Shown: positions 1 to 10,220, numbered from the stretch's first letter. The stretch is DNA of 64,000 nt from an uncultured delta proteobacterium (GCA_963696385.1 CAVOKF010000007.1:832001-896000), one strand, 5' to 3'. The notes: generated by a model from the sequence alone, not told the origin. Numbers and translations are program-made.

Positions 1-1
1 G

Positions 2-190
2 GGAGCGGGGGCGAATGGGCTGAGCGGAGGCTCGCGGGTTAAGCCAGCCGGCACCCCGGCGGCGAGCGGAGGCGGCTGCGCGGCAGCGCCGCAAGGCACA
101 GGGTCGGCTGCAGGCCTCGGATTCGGGGCGGGCCTGATGGGACTCGTGGCAGCGCGAGTCGTGCGGCGGCGGTCGTCCAAAAAGGCGTGA
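2..190 (+). CDS. 3' end of a secreted protein with a MYXO-CTERM-like sorting signal (truncated by window start)
   Basis: Not in the ORF track. Frame 2 reads ...AASGGGCAAAPQGTGSAAGLGFGAGLMGLVAARVVRRRSSKKA*: a GGC motif, a hydrophobic segment and an Arg cluster. TGA at 188-190. Confidence 0.7.
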   Translation, partial: GAGANGLSGGSRVKPAGTPAASGGGCAAAPQGTGSAAGLGFGAGLMGLVAARVVRRRSSKKA

Positions 191-239
191 GGGCGACCGC
201 GATTCCGACGATTCCGACCCGCGCCCGCGGCGGTTCGAC

Positions 240-1790
240 TTACTGCGGAATCGTGACGTTACTCAGGACGAAGACGTAGTCCTGGTAATCGCCGTTCGAT
301 GCTTCTTCAACGGCGACCAGATAGCTTTGGGGGATGGCCGTGCCGGTTGCATCCGCGAGCGGAAACGTCTTGATGCGGTGCACCCCGGCGGGGGAATTCC
401 ACTTGTCCTCGCTGTAGTCGTAGTCGCCGTTGGTTTTGGTGCCCCCCTCATTGAATTTCTGGGTGAGCTGATCCGAATAGATCCAAAGGCCAAAGGAACC
501 GGTGCCGGGATCGAACGTCACGGTGCTGCCGGCCGCGCCGGTGCTGGTCGCGCCCATGAGCGGCGGGTAGACCATCCGCGCCAAATCCGAGGTCTGCGTG
601 TCCGATGCGAGCTGCATCGTGCCGACGAGCGGTGCGGCGGTCGTGTTCGGCGTGGGAGCAGCGGTCCCCGGCGTGTAGTAGCCGAAGCCCAAGAATCCGT
701 CCGGAGAGAACCGCGCCACGACGGTCATCGTCACCATCCCGCTACCGGCTTTGGCGAAAAGGTTGCCGCCCGTCGTCGTGATTTCGTTGGGAGCAGGCGG
801 GTTGGACGTGGAGAGCATGGTGGCGACCATGGCCGTGTTCGGATTCCAGTCGGTTTGCGCCGCTCCGACGTTGACCTTGTACCCCAGCGTCGTCAGGATT
901 TGGCCGAGCGTCGACTCATATCCGCCGACGAAGCCGGCAGCCCCGGGCGGCGGGGTGACGGCGGCTGGATTCTGAACCAGCAGGAGCCCATAGACGGTGG
1001 CCGTTGCGGGCGAACCCGAGCTCAACGTCGCCGTCAACGTGTCCGTCAGGAGGTTGGAGCCGTCGTCGTACGCATTGCCCACGTCCATGGGCTCCGCCGG
1101 CAGATTCGCGCCGGTCGTCGTCATTTGGACGGTGACGGCCAAATTGCCGCCGGGCATGATCGTCGCCGGAAGCGTGGTGGAGGTCTGAAAGAGGTTTTGG
1201 TTCGTGGCCGTCTGCACGTTGTACACGGATCCTCCCCCCGTACCGTTCGCAGCGAGCGACGAAGTGCCGCTGAACGCGAGCTTGGTCACCGTGACGGCGG
1301 TCTGCCCTCCGTTTTGCAGATTGATCGTCGATTGTGCCGGGGTGCCGCTAATGCCACGGACGCCGGTCACGACGACGTTATTGGAGGCAAAAGCCACGGC
1401 GCCGCTCGCGGCTCCCCCCGTGCTCGCGCTGCTGCTCGACGATCCGCTGCCGGTGCTGCTGGCTGCGGAGGAGCCGCTACCGGTGCCGGTGCCGGTGCCG
1501 GTCCCGATGCTCGAGCTGCTGCTCGCCGCGCTACTGGTGGTGCTGCTCGAGCCGGTGTTCGAGCCGGCCGAAGAAGCGCCGCTGCTGCCCGTGCTCGAGG
1601 AAAGGCCACCGGTGCTCGCCGCCGTACTGCCCGCGCCACTCGTACCGGTGTCGGATCCGGTTCCCGTGCCGGTCGATGGTGTTTCGGTTGAGCCGGGGCC
1701 CCCCGACCCGCTGCAACTCCAGACGCAAGCGCCCGCAAGCACGACCAGCATGCCTGCCTGGGATCGTGCCCGACCAATGTGCCTCTTCAT
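240..1790 (-). CDS. Secreted lipoprotein with long Ser/Gly/Thr linker, an Ig-like segment and a conserved-looking C-terminal beta domain
   Basis: Start taken at MKRHIG (1790). Hydrophobic leader ending in Cys (VLAGACVWSC), S/G/T tract, then INLQNGGQTAVTVTKLAFSG and terminal SYLVAVEEASNGDYQDYVFVLSNV. Confidence 0.75.
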   Translation of the reverse strand: MKRHIGRARSQAGMLVVLAGACVWSCSGSGGPGSTETPSTGTGTGSDTGTSGAGSTAASTGGLSSSTGSSGASSAGSNTGSSSTTSSAASSSSSIGTGTGTGTGSGSSAASSTGSGSSSSSASTGGAASGAVAFASNNVVVTGVRGISGTPAQSTINLQNGGQTAVTVTKLAFSGTSSLAANGTGGGSVYNVQTATNQNLFQTSTTLPATIMPGGNLAVTVQMTTTGANLPAEPMDVGNAYDDGSNLLTDTLTATLSSGSPATATVYGLLLVQNPAAVTPPPGAAGFVGGYESTLGQILTTLGYKVNVGAAQTDWNPNTAMVATMLSTSNPPAPNEITTTGGNLFAKAGSGMVTMTVVARFSPDGFLGFGYYTPGTAAPTPNTTAAPLVGTMQLASDTQTSDLARMVYPPLMGATSTGAAGSTVTFDPGTGSFGLWIYSDQLTQKFNEGGTKTNGDYDYSEDKWNSPAGVHRIKTFPLADATGTAIPQSYLVAVEEASNGDYQDYVFVLSNVTIPQ

Positions 1791-1961
1791 GGGATTCTCC
1801 GTCTCGCTTTCGTGGGTACCGACCGTAGCTTGCGTCTCAGACCTGCCGCGGCGCAAGAGCCCGTGTCAACTCATTTTGATGAGCAGGGGAGACCCTCTGC
1901 CGCGGGCTCCTTCTCGTCGTTGCCGCCGAGTCCCCGCCCTGCTCCGGCTGTGCTGCACTCG

Positions 1962-2816
1962 TCACAACGGAAGGGTGATTCGTCCGGGAGCGCCGTTCGC
2001 GCCCGTTTGCGTGTGGCAGGTGTTGCAGCTCCCGCTTGTTTGAGGGGTGAGCATGGATCTTTCCTTGCCGTTGGCCACTACTTTCGCCGTGAACGGAGGC
2101 GTAAATGTCATCTCGGTGAAGAAATTGCCAACCGCGTTGGGGTAGAGAATATGGGCCGTGCCGCTGGCATCGGTAACGACGACCGTGACGCTCGACGTCA
2201 GGCCATCCACGCCATCGCAATCGGTGGGCTCGTGACCGGTGGGGTACAGCGTCCCGGCCAGGTTGAACGAGCTATGGCACGTCGGGCAGGCTTCGCCCGG
2301 CCGCATGTTCTGGTCCTCGCCGCTCGTCCAGGTCACCTTGCTCGTGCACTGGGCGGGTGCGTTGAGCGGATCGTTTGCGGCCTCGGCGTCGGTGTCGCCC
2401 GTTGCGGCGTCGGTTGAGCCCGCGCCAGCGTCGAGTCCCCCGCTGTCCTGCGGGCCGCCTCCCACTTCGAGACCGGCGTCGGCGTGGGTCACGCCGTGGC
2501 CGCTGTCGACAGGACCGCCCGCGCGAGAGCCGCTGTCTTGCGAATCTTGGGGAGCCGCGCCTGCGTCCCGCCCAGCGGTGGCGGCCCCAGAGTCGGTCGG
2601 TCCGGATGCATCCGGGGTCGGGGTATTGGCGGGCCCACCGCCGTCGGCGCCCAGATCGGGCACGAACACGTTGTTGGAGGGGGCGACGCACGCGCTCGCG
2701 ACGATGACGTACATCCACGGGCCGACGGCACGCGCCAGCAGGTGGCGTGCGGCCCCCGACCGCGGCCACCGGCGAAGGGGACGGCCGATCAGGGGTGGAT
2801 CCAACGATGGGAGCAT
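1962..2816 (-). CDS. Putative di-heme c-type cytochrome lipoprotein
   Basis: Two CxxCH motifs (MRPGEACPTCH, GSCNTCH), lipobox-like VASAC and a DAG-rich linker. Start uncertain (2816 or the later MYVIV). Confidence 0.7.
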   Translation of the reverse strand: MLPSLDPPLIGRPLRRWPRSGAARHLLARAVGPWMYVIVASACVAPSNNVFVPDLGADGGGPANTPTPDASGPTDSGAATAGRDAGAAPQDSQDSGSRAGGPVDSGHGVTHADAGLEVGGGPQDSGGLDAGAGSTDAATGDTDAEAANDPLNAPAQCTSKVTWTSGEDQNMRPGEACPTCHSSFNLAGTLYPTGHEPTDCDGVDGLTSSVTVVVTDASGTAHILYPNAVGNFFTEMTFTPPFTAKVVANGKERSMLTPQTSGSCNTCHTQTGANGAPGRITLPL

Positions 2817-2841
2817 GAACGCCAAAGTCTGCGCGATTTTG

Positions 2842-3789
2842 CTATCGCACGCACCGGGTCCACGCCGGCGTCGCCACCGCGCTTGCCGCTTCGCTTCCAT
2901 GGATGAAGCTCACCCCCCAGGCCGTGCCGGGGGGCAGCAGGCTCGGGGAAGAAGACCAAAAAAATTCGCTGGGGGTGTTTGGGAACGCGGAGCGATCGAG
3001 CGCGGGTTCGGTCTTCGTAAAGTCGACCAGCGTCAGGAGCTCGCCGACGCTCGGAAGCCGCCAGCCGGTTCCGTGGCGCCTGAGCTCCGAGCAGTGGTCC
3101 TTCGCCTCTTGCCAGGGGTAGCGCGTCGGGTCGACTTCGCGTTGCCAGGTCAGTCCCGTAAAGTCGTCGTGCACCAGGTCGCCGGCCACCGAATATGGGC
3201 TTACGTCGAGGTCCGTGCACGACGTGTGGCCGCGCACGCACCGAACACGCTGCCGATCGTGCGCGTCGTTGCCGCCGTAGGCGCCGCCGTTCTGGAAGAG
3301 GACGTACCAGGCAAGACCGGTGTTGCCGACGCCGGTGTTCGCCTGCGACGACCAAAACGATGCCGGCGGCGTATCCGGGAAAGCCACGGGATCGGCGGCG
3401 GGATTCGCACGCGAGAGGTCGGCAATCGACGCCAGTTCGATGAGCGCCGGCAGGCGCCAGTCGTGGTGCCCGGCGAGAATCAACGCCTCGCAGTACGCGG
3501 TTGCGGCGACCACGCCGTAATCGTCCGGGTCCACGACGCGCTGCCACCAAAGCCCCGTCACGCGGTCCCGCACCACTTCCGGGTCGGCCGCGTCGTAGCT
3601 CTGGGGGTTGGGCAAGCCGGATGTGGGGGTGTTGGGCATGGGCCAGCCGGCGTGGCACTTGGCGCCCAGCACGGATGCAGGCACCGAAGAGGCGGCCGGC
3701 GGCTGCCGAGAGTCCTTATGGCAGCCGGCGACGACGCACAATCCCCAGAGGCCCGCGAGGATGCAGCGCCCCGCAATCAGCGCACGCAT
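2842..3789 (-). CDS. DUF1566 (Lcl C-terminal-like) tandem-domain lipoprotein
   Basis: Start MRALIAG at 3789, lipobox VVAGC. Two repeats of V.D..TGL.WQ...A..YC...WRLP...EL...FWSS...RCVR. Confidence 0.85.
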   Translation of the reverse strand: MRALIAGRCILAGLWGLCVVAGCHKDSRQPPAASSVPASVLGAKCHAGWPMPNTPTSGLPNPQSYDAADPEVVRDRVTGLWWQRVVDPDDYGVVAATAYCEALILAGHHDWRLPALIELASIADLSRANPAADPVAFPDTPPASFWSSQANTGVGNTGLAWYVLFQNGGAYGGNDAHDRQRVRCVRGHTSCTDLDVSPYSVAGDLVHDDFTGLTWQREVDPTRYPWQEAKDHCSELRRHGTGWRLPSVGELLTLVDFTKTEPALDRSAFPNTPSEFFWSSSPSLLPPGTAWGVSFIHGSEAASAVATPAWTRCVR

Positions 3790-4790
3790 CGAACGCGAGA
3801 GACCGCCTTGAACAGCCCGTAGAGCGCACTGCCCTTGTTGAAGTACACGTACCAGGCCTCTTTGGAGGCGTTGCCGAAGCGCGACGACGTCCAAAACGGC
3901 TCGCCCGGTGTCCCCGGGAACGCGGTCGAATCGATGGTTGGGTTCGACGCCCGCTCGTCGACGAGGGTCACGAGCTCGGGCATGCTGGGGACGCGCCAGT
4001 CGTCGTGCCCTTCGAGCTTCAAGCGGGCGCAATAGTGCTGCGCGCCGACGAAGTCGAACGTGCCCGGGTCCACCATCCGCTGCCACGTGAGGCCGGTACC
4101 TAGGTCACGCACGGACGTGGGGTGCACCTCATAGTGGGGCTCCCGGGTCGGTGCGACGGCGGGTGGGACGGCCGTTCGGACGCAGCGCGTCTTGAACAGA
4201 TTGCTCCGCAGGTCGGTCTTCGGGTACCCGAAGTAGAAGTACACATACCAGGCCGAGCCCGGATCGTCCGCGGCCGGCGACGACGTCCAGAACCAGTCGC
4301 TCGGAGTCATCGGGAAAGCGGCCGAGCTGATGGAAGGCTGCGTGACCGAGACGTCGAGGATCGAGACCAACTCGACCCGCGAGGGCACGCGCCAGTCCCT
4401 GTGACCGGCCAGGTTCAAGCGACTGCACTTGTCGGCGGCGTCTTCGAACGTGCCATTGGCCGGGTCGACAATCTGCTGCCACATGAGCCCGGTGACGCGA
4501 TCCAAGACGGTTCCCGGGACACTCGTGTCGTAGCTCTGGGCATTCGGAAGGCCGGATACCGGCGTGTTCGGCATCGGCCAGCTGGCCCAGGAGGGCCCCG
4601 GTGGCGCGTTGACGTGCCGACCCGCATCGGCCACAGACCGACGCCCGGACGCAACGGGCTGAGGTTCCGAAATGGCGGACGCCGCCCCCGGCCCGTGGCC
4701 AGAAGGGGCGGCGTTTCGGGACTCAGCCTTGCTCGATCGGCACCCACCGATCGCCAGGCTTATCAGTGCGATCCACGCGGTCCGCGTCAC
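3777..4790 (-). CDS. DUF1566 tandem-domain lipoprotein
   Basis: Lipobox AIGGC. Two DRVTGLMWQ/DLGTGLTWQ...DWRVPS..EL...FWTSS...RCVR domains. Overlaps the next gene, suggesting coupling. Confidence 0.85.
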   Translation of the reverse strand: MTRTAWIALISLAIGGCRSSKAESRNAAPSGHGPGAASAISEPQPVASGRRSVADAGRHVNAPPGPSWASWPMPNTPVSGLPNAQSYDTSVPGTVLDRVTGLMWQQIVDPANGTFEDAADKCSRLNLAGHRDWRVPSRVELVSILDVSVTQPSISSAAFPMTPSDWFWTSSPAADDPGSAWYVYFYFGYPKTDLRSNLFKTRCVRTAVPPAVAPTREPHYEVHPTSVRDLGTGLTWQRMVDPGTFDFVGAQHYCARLKLEGHDDWRVPSMPELVTLVDERASNPTIDSTAFPGTPGEPFWTSSRFGNASKEAWYVYFNKGSALYGLFKAVSRVRCVR

Positions 4791-4827
4791 GATGCTCGTT
4801 CCGACCGTACACCAGCCGGATGAATCG

Positions 4828-6675
4828 CTACAGCGTTTCTCCCACCGAGGGAGTGCGATACAAGAAGGCCTCGGACGTCAGGAGGCTCGTCAGCATGTTG
4901 CGAATGGAGAACCCGGGTGTAGCCGTCCCCGCGCGGTAGGCGATTTGCAAAGATCCGAGCTCGGCCGTCGTTTCCAGTCGGCCAATCCCGTAGCGCAGCC
5001 AGTTGCGGGTGGTGCTCCACTCGACTTCGTCGTTCGTGGACAGTTGCGTCACGAGGTCGATAGCATTCTGGAAGGTGATGAGCGTGCCTCCAGGGGTGTA
5101 GAAGGAGCCGCTCGAATCGACGGGAGACCCGTTGTCGGTCGTCCGGTACGCGCCGATTGCGTCGTAGTTCTCGAACGCGAAGCCGGGCGGATCGAAGAGG
5201 TTGTGGCAACCGTTGGCGCACATATTCTGGGCGTGCGTCGCAAACGTCTGCCGCGTCGTTTGACCCGCGGCAACCGTGGTCGGAAGCGACGGGACGTTCG
5301 CGGGCGGGTTGCCCACCTGACCGGAAAGGAGTCGCGTATAGATGCACAGGCCGCGACGAACCGGGTTGTCCTGGTTCGTGTCCGCCTGCGATTCGAGGAA
5401 GGCCTGCTGCGTGAAAATACCCGCCCGCTGCGTAGCGGGGAGCTGGACCTGGCTAAAGCCGGTGCCCGGAACCGTCACGCCGTAGATCGCGGCGAGAGCG
5501 GGGTTTGCGTAGGTGTAGGTGGCGGTCATCAGGGTCTTCAGCGTCCCGTCGCCCGTCGGCGAGTAGACGGACGACAAGAAATCCGTGAACTCGGTCTGAA
5601 GCGATTGCGCCACGGTGGTCGTGAAGAGCGTAGACGAATGGATCGACTGCCCGAGATCCGTCTCGTTGCCGGCAGGGTCCAGCAGCCACTGCAAGTGAAA
5701 ATCGTAAAGGGCCTGCGCGAACTTCGGATCGGCGTACATGCGCGTCGCCTGGGCGGAAACCTGAGCCGGCGTGCTCAGTTCATTGTTTTGCGCCGCGGTG
5801 AGCAGCGTCTGGTCCGGCATGTCGTTCCAAAGCTCAAGCGACAAGCGAGACGCGACTTGCCAGGGCGTCAGCGGAGCCAAGCCGTTCGTGCCGACCGTGG
5901 GCTCCGTGGGCCCGATCTCCCAGTGATAGATGAAGTTCGGCGACTGGAGCATGGCCTGTGCCACGTAGCCAATCGAATTGGTGAAGGAGAAGCCAAGGCT
6001 GGTTGCCTTGTTGAAGACCGTCAAGAGATCGGTCTGCTCGGCCGTAGCGACCGGCCGCCGATAGGCGAGCAAGCCGAAGCTCGTGATGAACTGCGTGGCG
6101 CAGGTCGTCTGGGCGGCTCCCGCCGCCGTCGTGTCGGTGCAGCCCGCCGGAAGTTGCAGCTGGTTGCCGGCGGCCGTGGGGTTCGCAAGGGCGGTCGCCA
6201 CGAGCGTCTGCGCCGTTTGGTAGTAGAGCTGGACGTTCAGGTCGGCGACGCTGTCGGGCACCGCGCCGAGGACGATCCCGTCCGACGGAAAGAGCAGCGC
6301 GGGCTGTGTCGTGTCGCCCAGCAGATGCGACATGATGTTGTCGTATTCGGAGTTCACCATACGGCGCATCAGGAGCGTGCCCGAGCTTTCGGGCGTCAGT
6401 GTCGCGCCGGCCGCCGGCGGAAGGGCATCGGCCTCGCTGGCGGGGATGTTCTCGCTGGAGCCGGAGGCGGTTGCGCCATTGGCCGCGGAGCCGGGTCCGG
6501 TACTGCCCGGGGTGGTGTTCCCGCCGCTCCCGGTCGGGTTGTTAACGCTGCCAGTCCCGGCGGACCCGCCGCCCCCATTGCCACCACCAATCGAGCCTTC
6601 GCAAGCGGCGAACCCAGCCACGGCGACGAGGGCGCCGAGCACCAAGGACGACTGCAACACACGGATGGATTTCAT
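4828..6675 (-). CDS. DUF1592/DUF1588/DUF1595/DUF1587/DUF1585 (PSD/PSCyt) domain lipoprotein
   Basis: MRRMVNSEYDN, AYRRP, LQSPNFIY, VASRLSLELWNDMPD, RAGIFTQ, PVRRG, CANGCH..FDPPGFAFENYDAIGAYR. Confidence 0.9.
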   Translation of the reverse strand: MKSIRVLQSSLVLGALVAVAGFAACEGSIGGGNGGGGSAGTGSVNNPTGSGGNTTPGSTGPGSAANGATASGSSENIPASEADALPPAAGATLTPESSGTLLMRRMVNSEYDNIMSHLLGDTTQPALLFPSDGIVLGAVPDSVADLNVQLYYQTAQTLVATALANPTAAGNQLQLPAGCTDTTAAGAAQTTCATQFITSFGLLAYRRPVATAEQTDLLTVFNKATSLGFSFTNSIGYVAQAMLQSPNFIYHWEIGPTEPTVGTNGLAPLTPWQVASRLSLELWNDMPDQTLLTAAQNNELSTPAQVSAQATRMYADPKFAQALYDFHLQWLLDPAGNETDLGQSIHSSTLFTTTVAQSLQTEFTDFLSSVYSPTGDGTLKTLMTATYTYANPALAAIYGVTVPGTGFSQVQLPATQRAGIFTQQAFLESQADTNQDNPVRRGLCIYTRLLSGQVGNPPANVPSLPTTVAAGQTTRQTFATHAQNMCANGCHNLFDPPGFAFENYDAIGAYRTTDNGSPVDSSGSFYTPGGTLITFQNAIDLVTQLSTNDEVEWSTTRNWLRYGIGRLETTAELGSLQIAYRAGTATPGFSIRNMLTSLLTSEAFLYRTPSVGETL

Positions 6676-6706
6676 TGATGCCTCCGGTCAATTCTCGCTG
6701 CAGCAA

Positions 6707-8257
6707 TCATGTCGCAACCAGCTGAGTAATGGGTCCACCCGTACAGTACGCCGCCGTCCCAAAGGTCGTCGTCGGATACCCGAATCCGTTGAGGATCGTC
6801 AGGAGGAGGCTGTTGTTGTTCGTGGTGGTCAGGGCAAGGCTCTGGCCGGTCTGGAAGTAGCCGCCCAGGCTACCGGCCATCACGACGGGGACCTGCGTCG
6901 TTTCGTGCGTACCCGTCCTCATGTTGTTCATGGCGAGAAACAGGCTGCTGTCGAGGATCGACTTGCCGGTCGTATCCGTGATGCTGTTCAGCTGGTTGAT
7001 CTGATAGGCCAGCATCTGTTGGAACCAGGTGTCGTCGGCCTTCTTGTCCGCAGAATTTTGGTGGGCTTGCGAGTGGTAGCCGTTGACGTCGCCGGTGTTG
7101 GCGTCCGCCGGATTCGGGCCGCCCGAGACGTAGCCGAGCCAGGTCAAAATCAGGTTCGAGTCGCCCTGATCGCCGCACTGCAAGACAATCACCCGGGTGA
7201 TGTCGGCGGCGAAGGCCGCAGCCGACAAGTCGAACTGCATCTTGAGAAGCGTAGGAATGTTGGCTGTGTTCGTGATGACCAGCTGAGTGGCAGCGTTGGC
7301 GGCCGTCGCGGCCGCACCGGGCGCCGTGCACGCCTCGGAGGTGCTGGTTGTCGCCACGACACCGGCATCGCCAAGCCCTCCGCCGCCGCCGGTCATGCCA
7401 GAGAGCGTGGTTTCCATGTCTCGAACCGATTGCATATGGTTCGCGATCCGCTGCGCGTCGGCGGTGCCGACGATCTTGGAGAAGCGCGTCAGATCGGCCA
7501 ACACGTAGTCGAGAACGCTCGTGCCCATGATTTGGCTCGCGTTCGAACTCAATCCGGACGAAGACGCGGACGAGGAGGCTGCGGAGGTCATGGCGGCCAC
7601 CGGCGTGGTCGTCGTCGGAAGCTTCCCGTTGAAGTAGGTGGTAAAGACGTTGTAGGGATTCGCGTTCGGAATCACCGCTTGCGCGGACCCCTTCCAGGAG
7701 AGCCGGCCGGTGCTGTGGACGAAGACACCGAGGCTCAAGCTCGGAGTCCCGGTGTACCCGGCCGCGACCATCTGGTTCGCGATGTACTGGTCGATCGAGA
7801 TGGCGCCGGCCTGGTCCGCGTCCGTGTTCGTGAGGTCCTCGTAGTTGGCCCCCGTGAGCATCCCGGGAAAGCACGCGTGACCGTTGGTCTCGCCGCCGTT
7901 GGGGTTCGGCTGCTTGGTAATGAAGTCGTAGTTGAGGCCGTGGAGAAGCATCAGCTTCTCCTGAATGGACGGCGTACCGAGGCAGACGGCGGGCATTCCC
8001 GGCAGGAGCGACTGACCCGTGGGGACGACGTTCTGGAAGTCCGCGACTGTCCAAGACGACGGCGTCGTGCCGGCGGTGGCCCACGTCGAGACGTCGCTCA
8101 GCATCCCGTTCGCCCAGCCGAAGACCATGAGCCGCTTGAGGCCGCTTACGTAGCAAGCAGCGTCGACGGGGTCGGCCTCGAGCATCGGGATGAGCGCGGC
8201 TCCGGCGCCAAGGGATTTGAGCAGATTGCGACGCGAGAATCGCATGTCACGTTTCAT
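6707..8257 (-). CDS. DUF1552 (HXXSHH family) Tat-exported protein
   Basis: Tat motif FSRRNLLK, SIDQYIA, AFAADITRV, YHSQAH, SILDSS...H...VPVVMAG..GG.FQTG. Lies directly upstream of a DUF1592 gene, the usual pairing. Start at 8257 or 8245. Confidence 0.88.
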   Translation of the reverse strand: MKRDMRFSRRNLLKSLGAGAALIPMLEADPVDAACYVSGLKRLMVFGWANGMLSDVSTWATAGTTPSSWTVADFQNVVPTGQSLLPGMPAVCLGTPSIQEKLMLLHGLNYDFITKQPNPNGGETNGHACFPGMLTGANYEDLTNTDADQAGAISIDQYIANQMVAAGYTGTPSLSLGVFVHSTGRLSWKGSAQAVIPNANPYNVFTTYFNGKLPTTTTPVAAMTSAASSSASSSGLSSNASQIMGTSVLDYVLADLTRFSKIVGTADAQRIANHMQSVRDMETTLSGMTGGGGGLGDAGVVATTSTSEACTAPGAAATAANAATQLVITNTANIPTLLKMQFDLSAAAFAADITRVIVLQCGDQGDSNLILTWLGYVSGGPNPADANTGDVNGYHSQAHQNSADKKADDTWFQQMLAYQINQLNSITDTTGKSILDSSLFLAMNNMRTGTHETTQVPVVMAGSLGGYFQTGQSLALTTTNNNSLLLTILNGFGYPTTTFGTAAYCTGGPITQLVAT

Positions 8258-8993
8258 CACGGGGCACCTCCGACATTTGAGTGGCGGCACGGCGCGTGCG
8301 CTGCGACCGGCCAAAGTGGGTTGAAATGCGGTCTTGCTACGTTCGGCCGAGTCGGCTTCGCGCGTTCGATAAACGATGGGAGGGCTTCGGACGTCGACCT
8401 GGCGCGCCCCCTCGATGTTCGGCCGATAGAACCGGCAATTTCTGTTGTGTGTTGCATTTTCTGCTGACGGCTGATATCTAGAAGCTTTGCGTAGGGCGAT
8501 GGTCCGCCGGTATCGTAATTAGGGGCGACGCAGGTCGGCATCTTTAAGAAAAACGGGGATTCGGGATTCGTCGGTCGGCGCGCCCCGCCGAGCGATGGCC
8601 GAGTCCTGCTGGTGGCGTCCTCGCGTGGATGCGACCGTCTGGAACGGTAACGCGTCGTGCCCTCCGTGCGCAAGGGACTCCGGAGGGCGGCTCCTCGCGC
8701 GCGGCGGCGAGTGAAGCGAGTCAAGCTAGTCATCGGTCGAAGGGCGACGGCCTTGCCGCTCTTGGATACTGTGATGCGGCAGGGCGGACTTCGTCACCGG
8801 GCCGCGAAGAATGGTGGCACGTGAACCGACACGTTGCCTTCATGAGCAAAAATTTGCCGTATGCGTGGAAATGGGACGGTGCCAAGCGGGGGGGCTTGGG
8901 CGCGCCACGCGCCTAACGACTGGGAGACCAGACCGGAGAATACCGACGAGGGATCGCAGCGCTGCATCTCGCGCCGATGCGGATTGCCCGACG

Positions 8994-10124
8994 TCAGTGC
9001 GTGTAGGAGACGCCGAGCGCGAGGGCGACCCAGAGCGAAGGGGCTTTGCCAAGGGCTTCGGGCAGCACGACGATTTCTTGTGCGACCGGAAACCACGAGA
9101 TTTGCACGGCAAGAAAAGGGGCGAAGCCGGCGGCGGGGGCCAGACACGCCGCGATCGTCGCTTCGGACCCGGGCGTGACTCGCGTGGCGTCGGCCGGGCT
9201 CAACGGGCTCTTGCCCGCATAATGCTCGAACGCGACCGACAGGGCGAGGTCCGCGTCGAGCTCGACACCGGTCCGGAGAGCTTGAACGCGAATGCCCGCA
9301 ACGGCCGGCACGCGAGTCACCGCTCCGGTGAGGTCGCCCGCGTGAAAGACCTGCTGCGGCCAGTAACTCGCCCCCACGATACCGGCGAATCGCCCGGCGC
9401 CGAGTCGCGCGCGAACCTCGGCACCCCACGACAGCACGCTCGGTGCTTCGCGGATCGGAGGCGAATAGCTCGAGGCAGCGGACAGCTCGACGCGAAAAAA
9501 CGAGGGAGACGAAATCGAGCCAGGGGGCGGCGACTCGGCGTCGGGGGCTATGGCCGGCGGAGGGGCCGAAGTGGAAGGCGTGGGCGGCTCAGACGGAGGG
9601 GCTAAGGGCGCAGGGGGGCTCGCCGAGGCCTCCGGCGGCCCCGGGGGGGCGGGGGGCGGCGCGGGCGGCGCCGGAGAGCCCGGCGTCGCTTCACCGGCCG
9701 AGGACGGGGGCGGCGCAGGCTCCGCGCTCGGGGCCGTCGCGGGGGAAGGCGTCGCGCCTTCGGCCATGTGCGGGGGCAGGAGCGCCAAGACGATGAACTC
9801 TGCGGCAAAGCGAGCACGCCTGCCGCAATCGCGAGCGGAATCGGTGTAGTCGCGCTCGATCGTCTCGGCCGCAGTTCTGACCCGTACGCGATAGTGGTCC
9901 CCAAAGTCGTCAATTCGGATGTTCGGTTTCGCGGATAGGAGCCTCGGAGCCGCTTCCGGCACGAGCTTCGAGACGGTCGCCCATACACTCTCTCCGTCCG
10001 GGCACATGGGAGCCGACGCATCGGATCCTTGGACGTCCGCGCCCGCTTGCACGCCCACGACCGAAAACAACAGTACGGGTGCCGAGCACACGCAGATTCG
10101 GCGACGCGCTCGTTCACTCAGCAT
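8994..10124 (-). CDS. Exported hypothetical protein: Cys-containing N-domain, Pro-rich linker and probable C-terminal beta-barrel
   Basis: Signal-like N-terminus, CPDGESV...RDC pair, PAPP linker, then alternating hydrophobic strands ending ALGVSYTH. Divergent from the ECF sigma gene. Confidence 0.65.
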   Translation of the reverse strand: MLSERARRRICVCSAPVLLFSVVGVQAGADVQGSDASAPMCPDGESVWATVSKLVPEAAPRLLSAKPNIRIDDFGDHYRVRVRTAAETIERDYTDSARDCGRRARFAAEFIVLALLPPHMAEGATPSPATAPSAEPAPPPSSAGEATPGSPAPPAPPPAPPGPPEASASPPAPLAPPSEPPTPSTSAPPPAIAPDAESPPPGSISSPSFFRVELSAASSYSPPIREAPSVLSWGAEVRARLGAGRFAGIVGASYWPQQVFHAGDLTGAVTRVPAVAGIRVQALRTGVELDADLALSVAFEHYAGKSPLSPADATRVTPGSEATIAACLAPAAGFAPFLAVQISWFPVAQEIVVLPEALGKAPSLWVALALGVSYTH

Positions 10125-10220
10125 GGCCGGCGGGGCCGCGACAGAGTACTCTTTTTCAAAAGCGACTGCGACGAGCTCTCGATCAAGCGTCTACGCGATA
10201 GAACTGGAGCGTAAGAGGTT

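Noticed and set aside
4672..8467. Long antisense ORFs (e.g. 4672..6678 +, 6311..8467 +, also 58112..60889 +)
   Set aside because: Shadow ORFs typical of high-GC DNA, lying opposite well-supported genes, Arg/Gly-rich and without recognisable motifs.
8845..8861. Sigma-54 promoter (reverse strand CGGCAAATTTTTGCT) upstream of DUF1552
   Set aside because: GG-to-GC spacing is 9 nt rather than the required 10.
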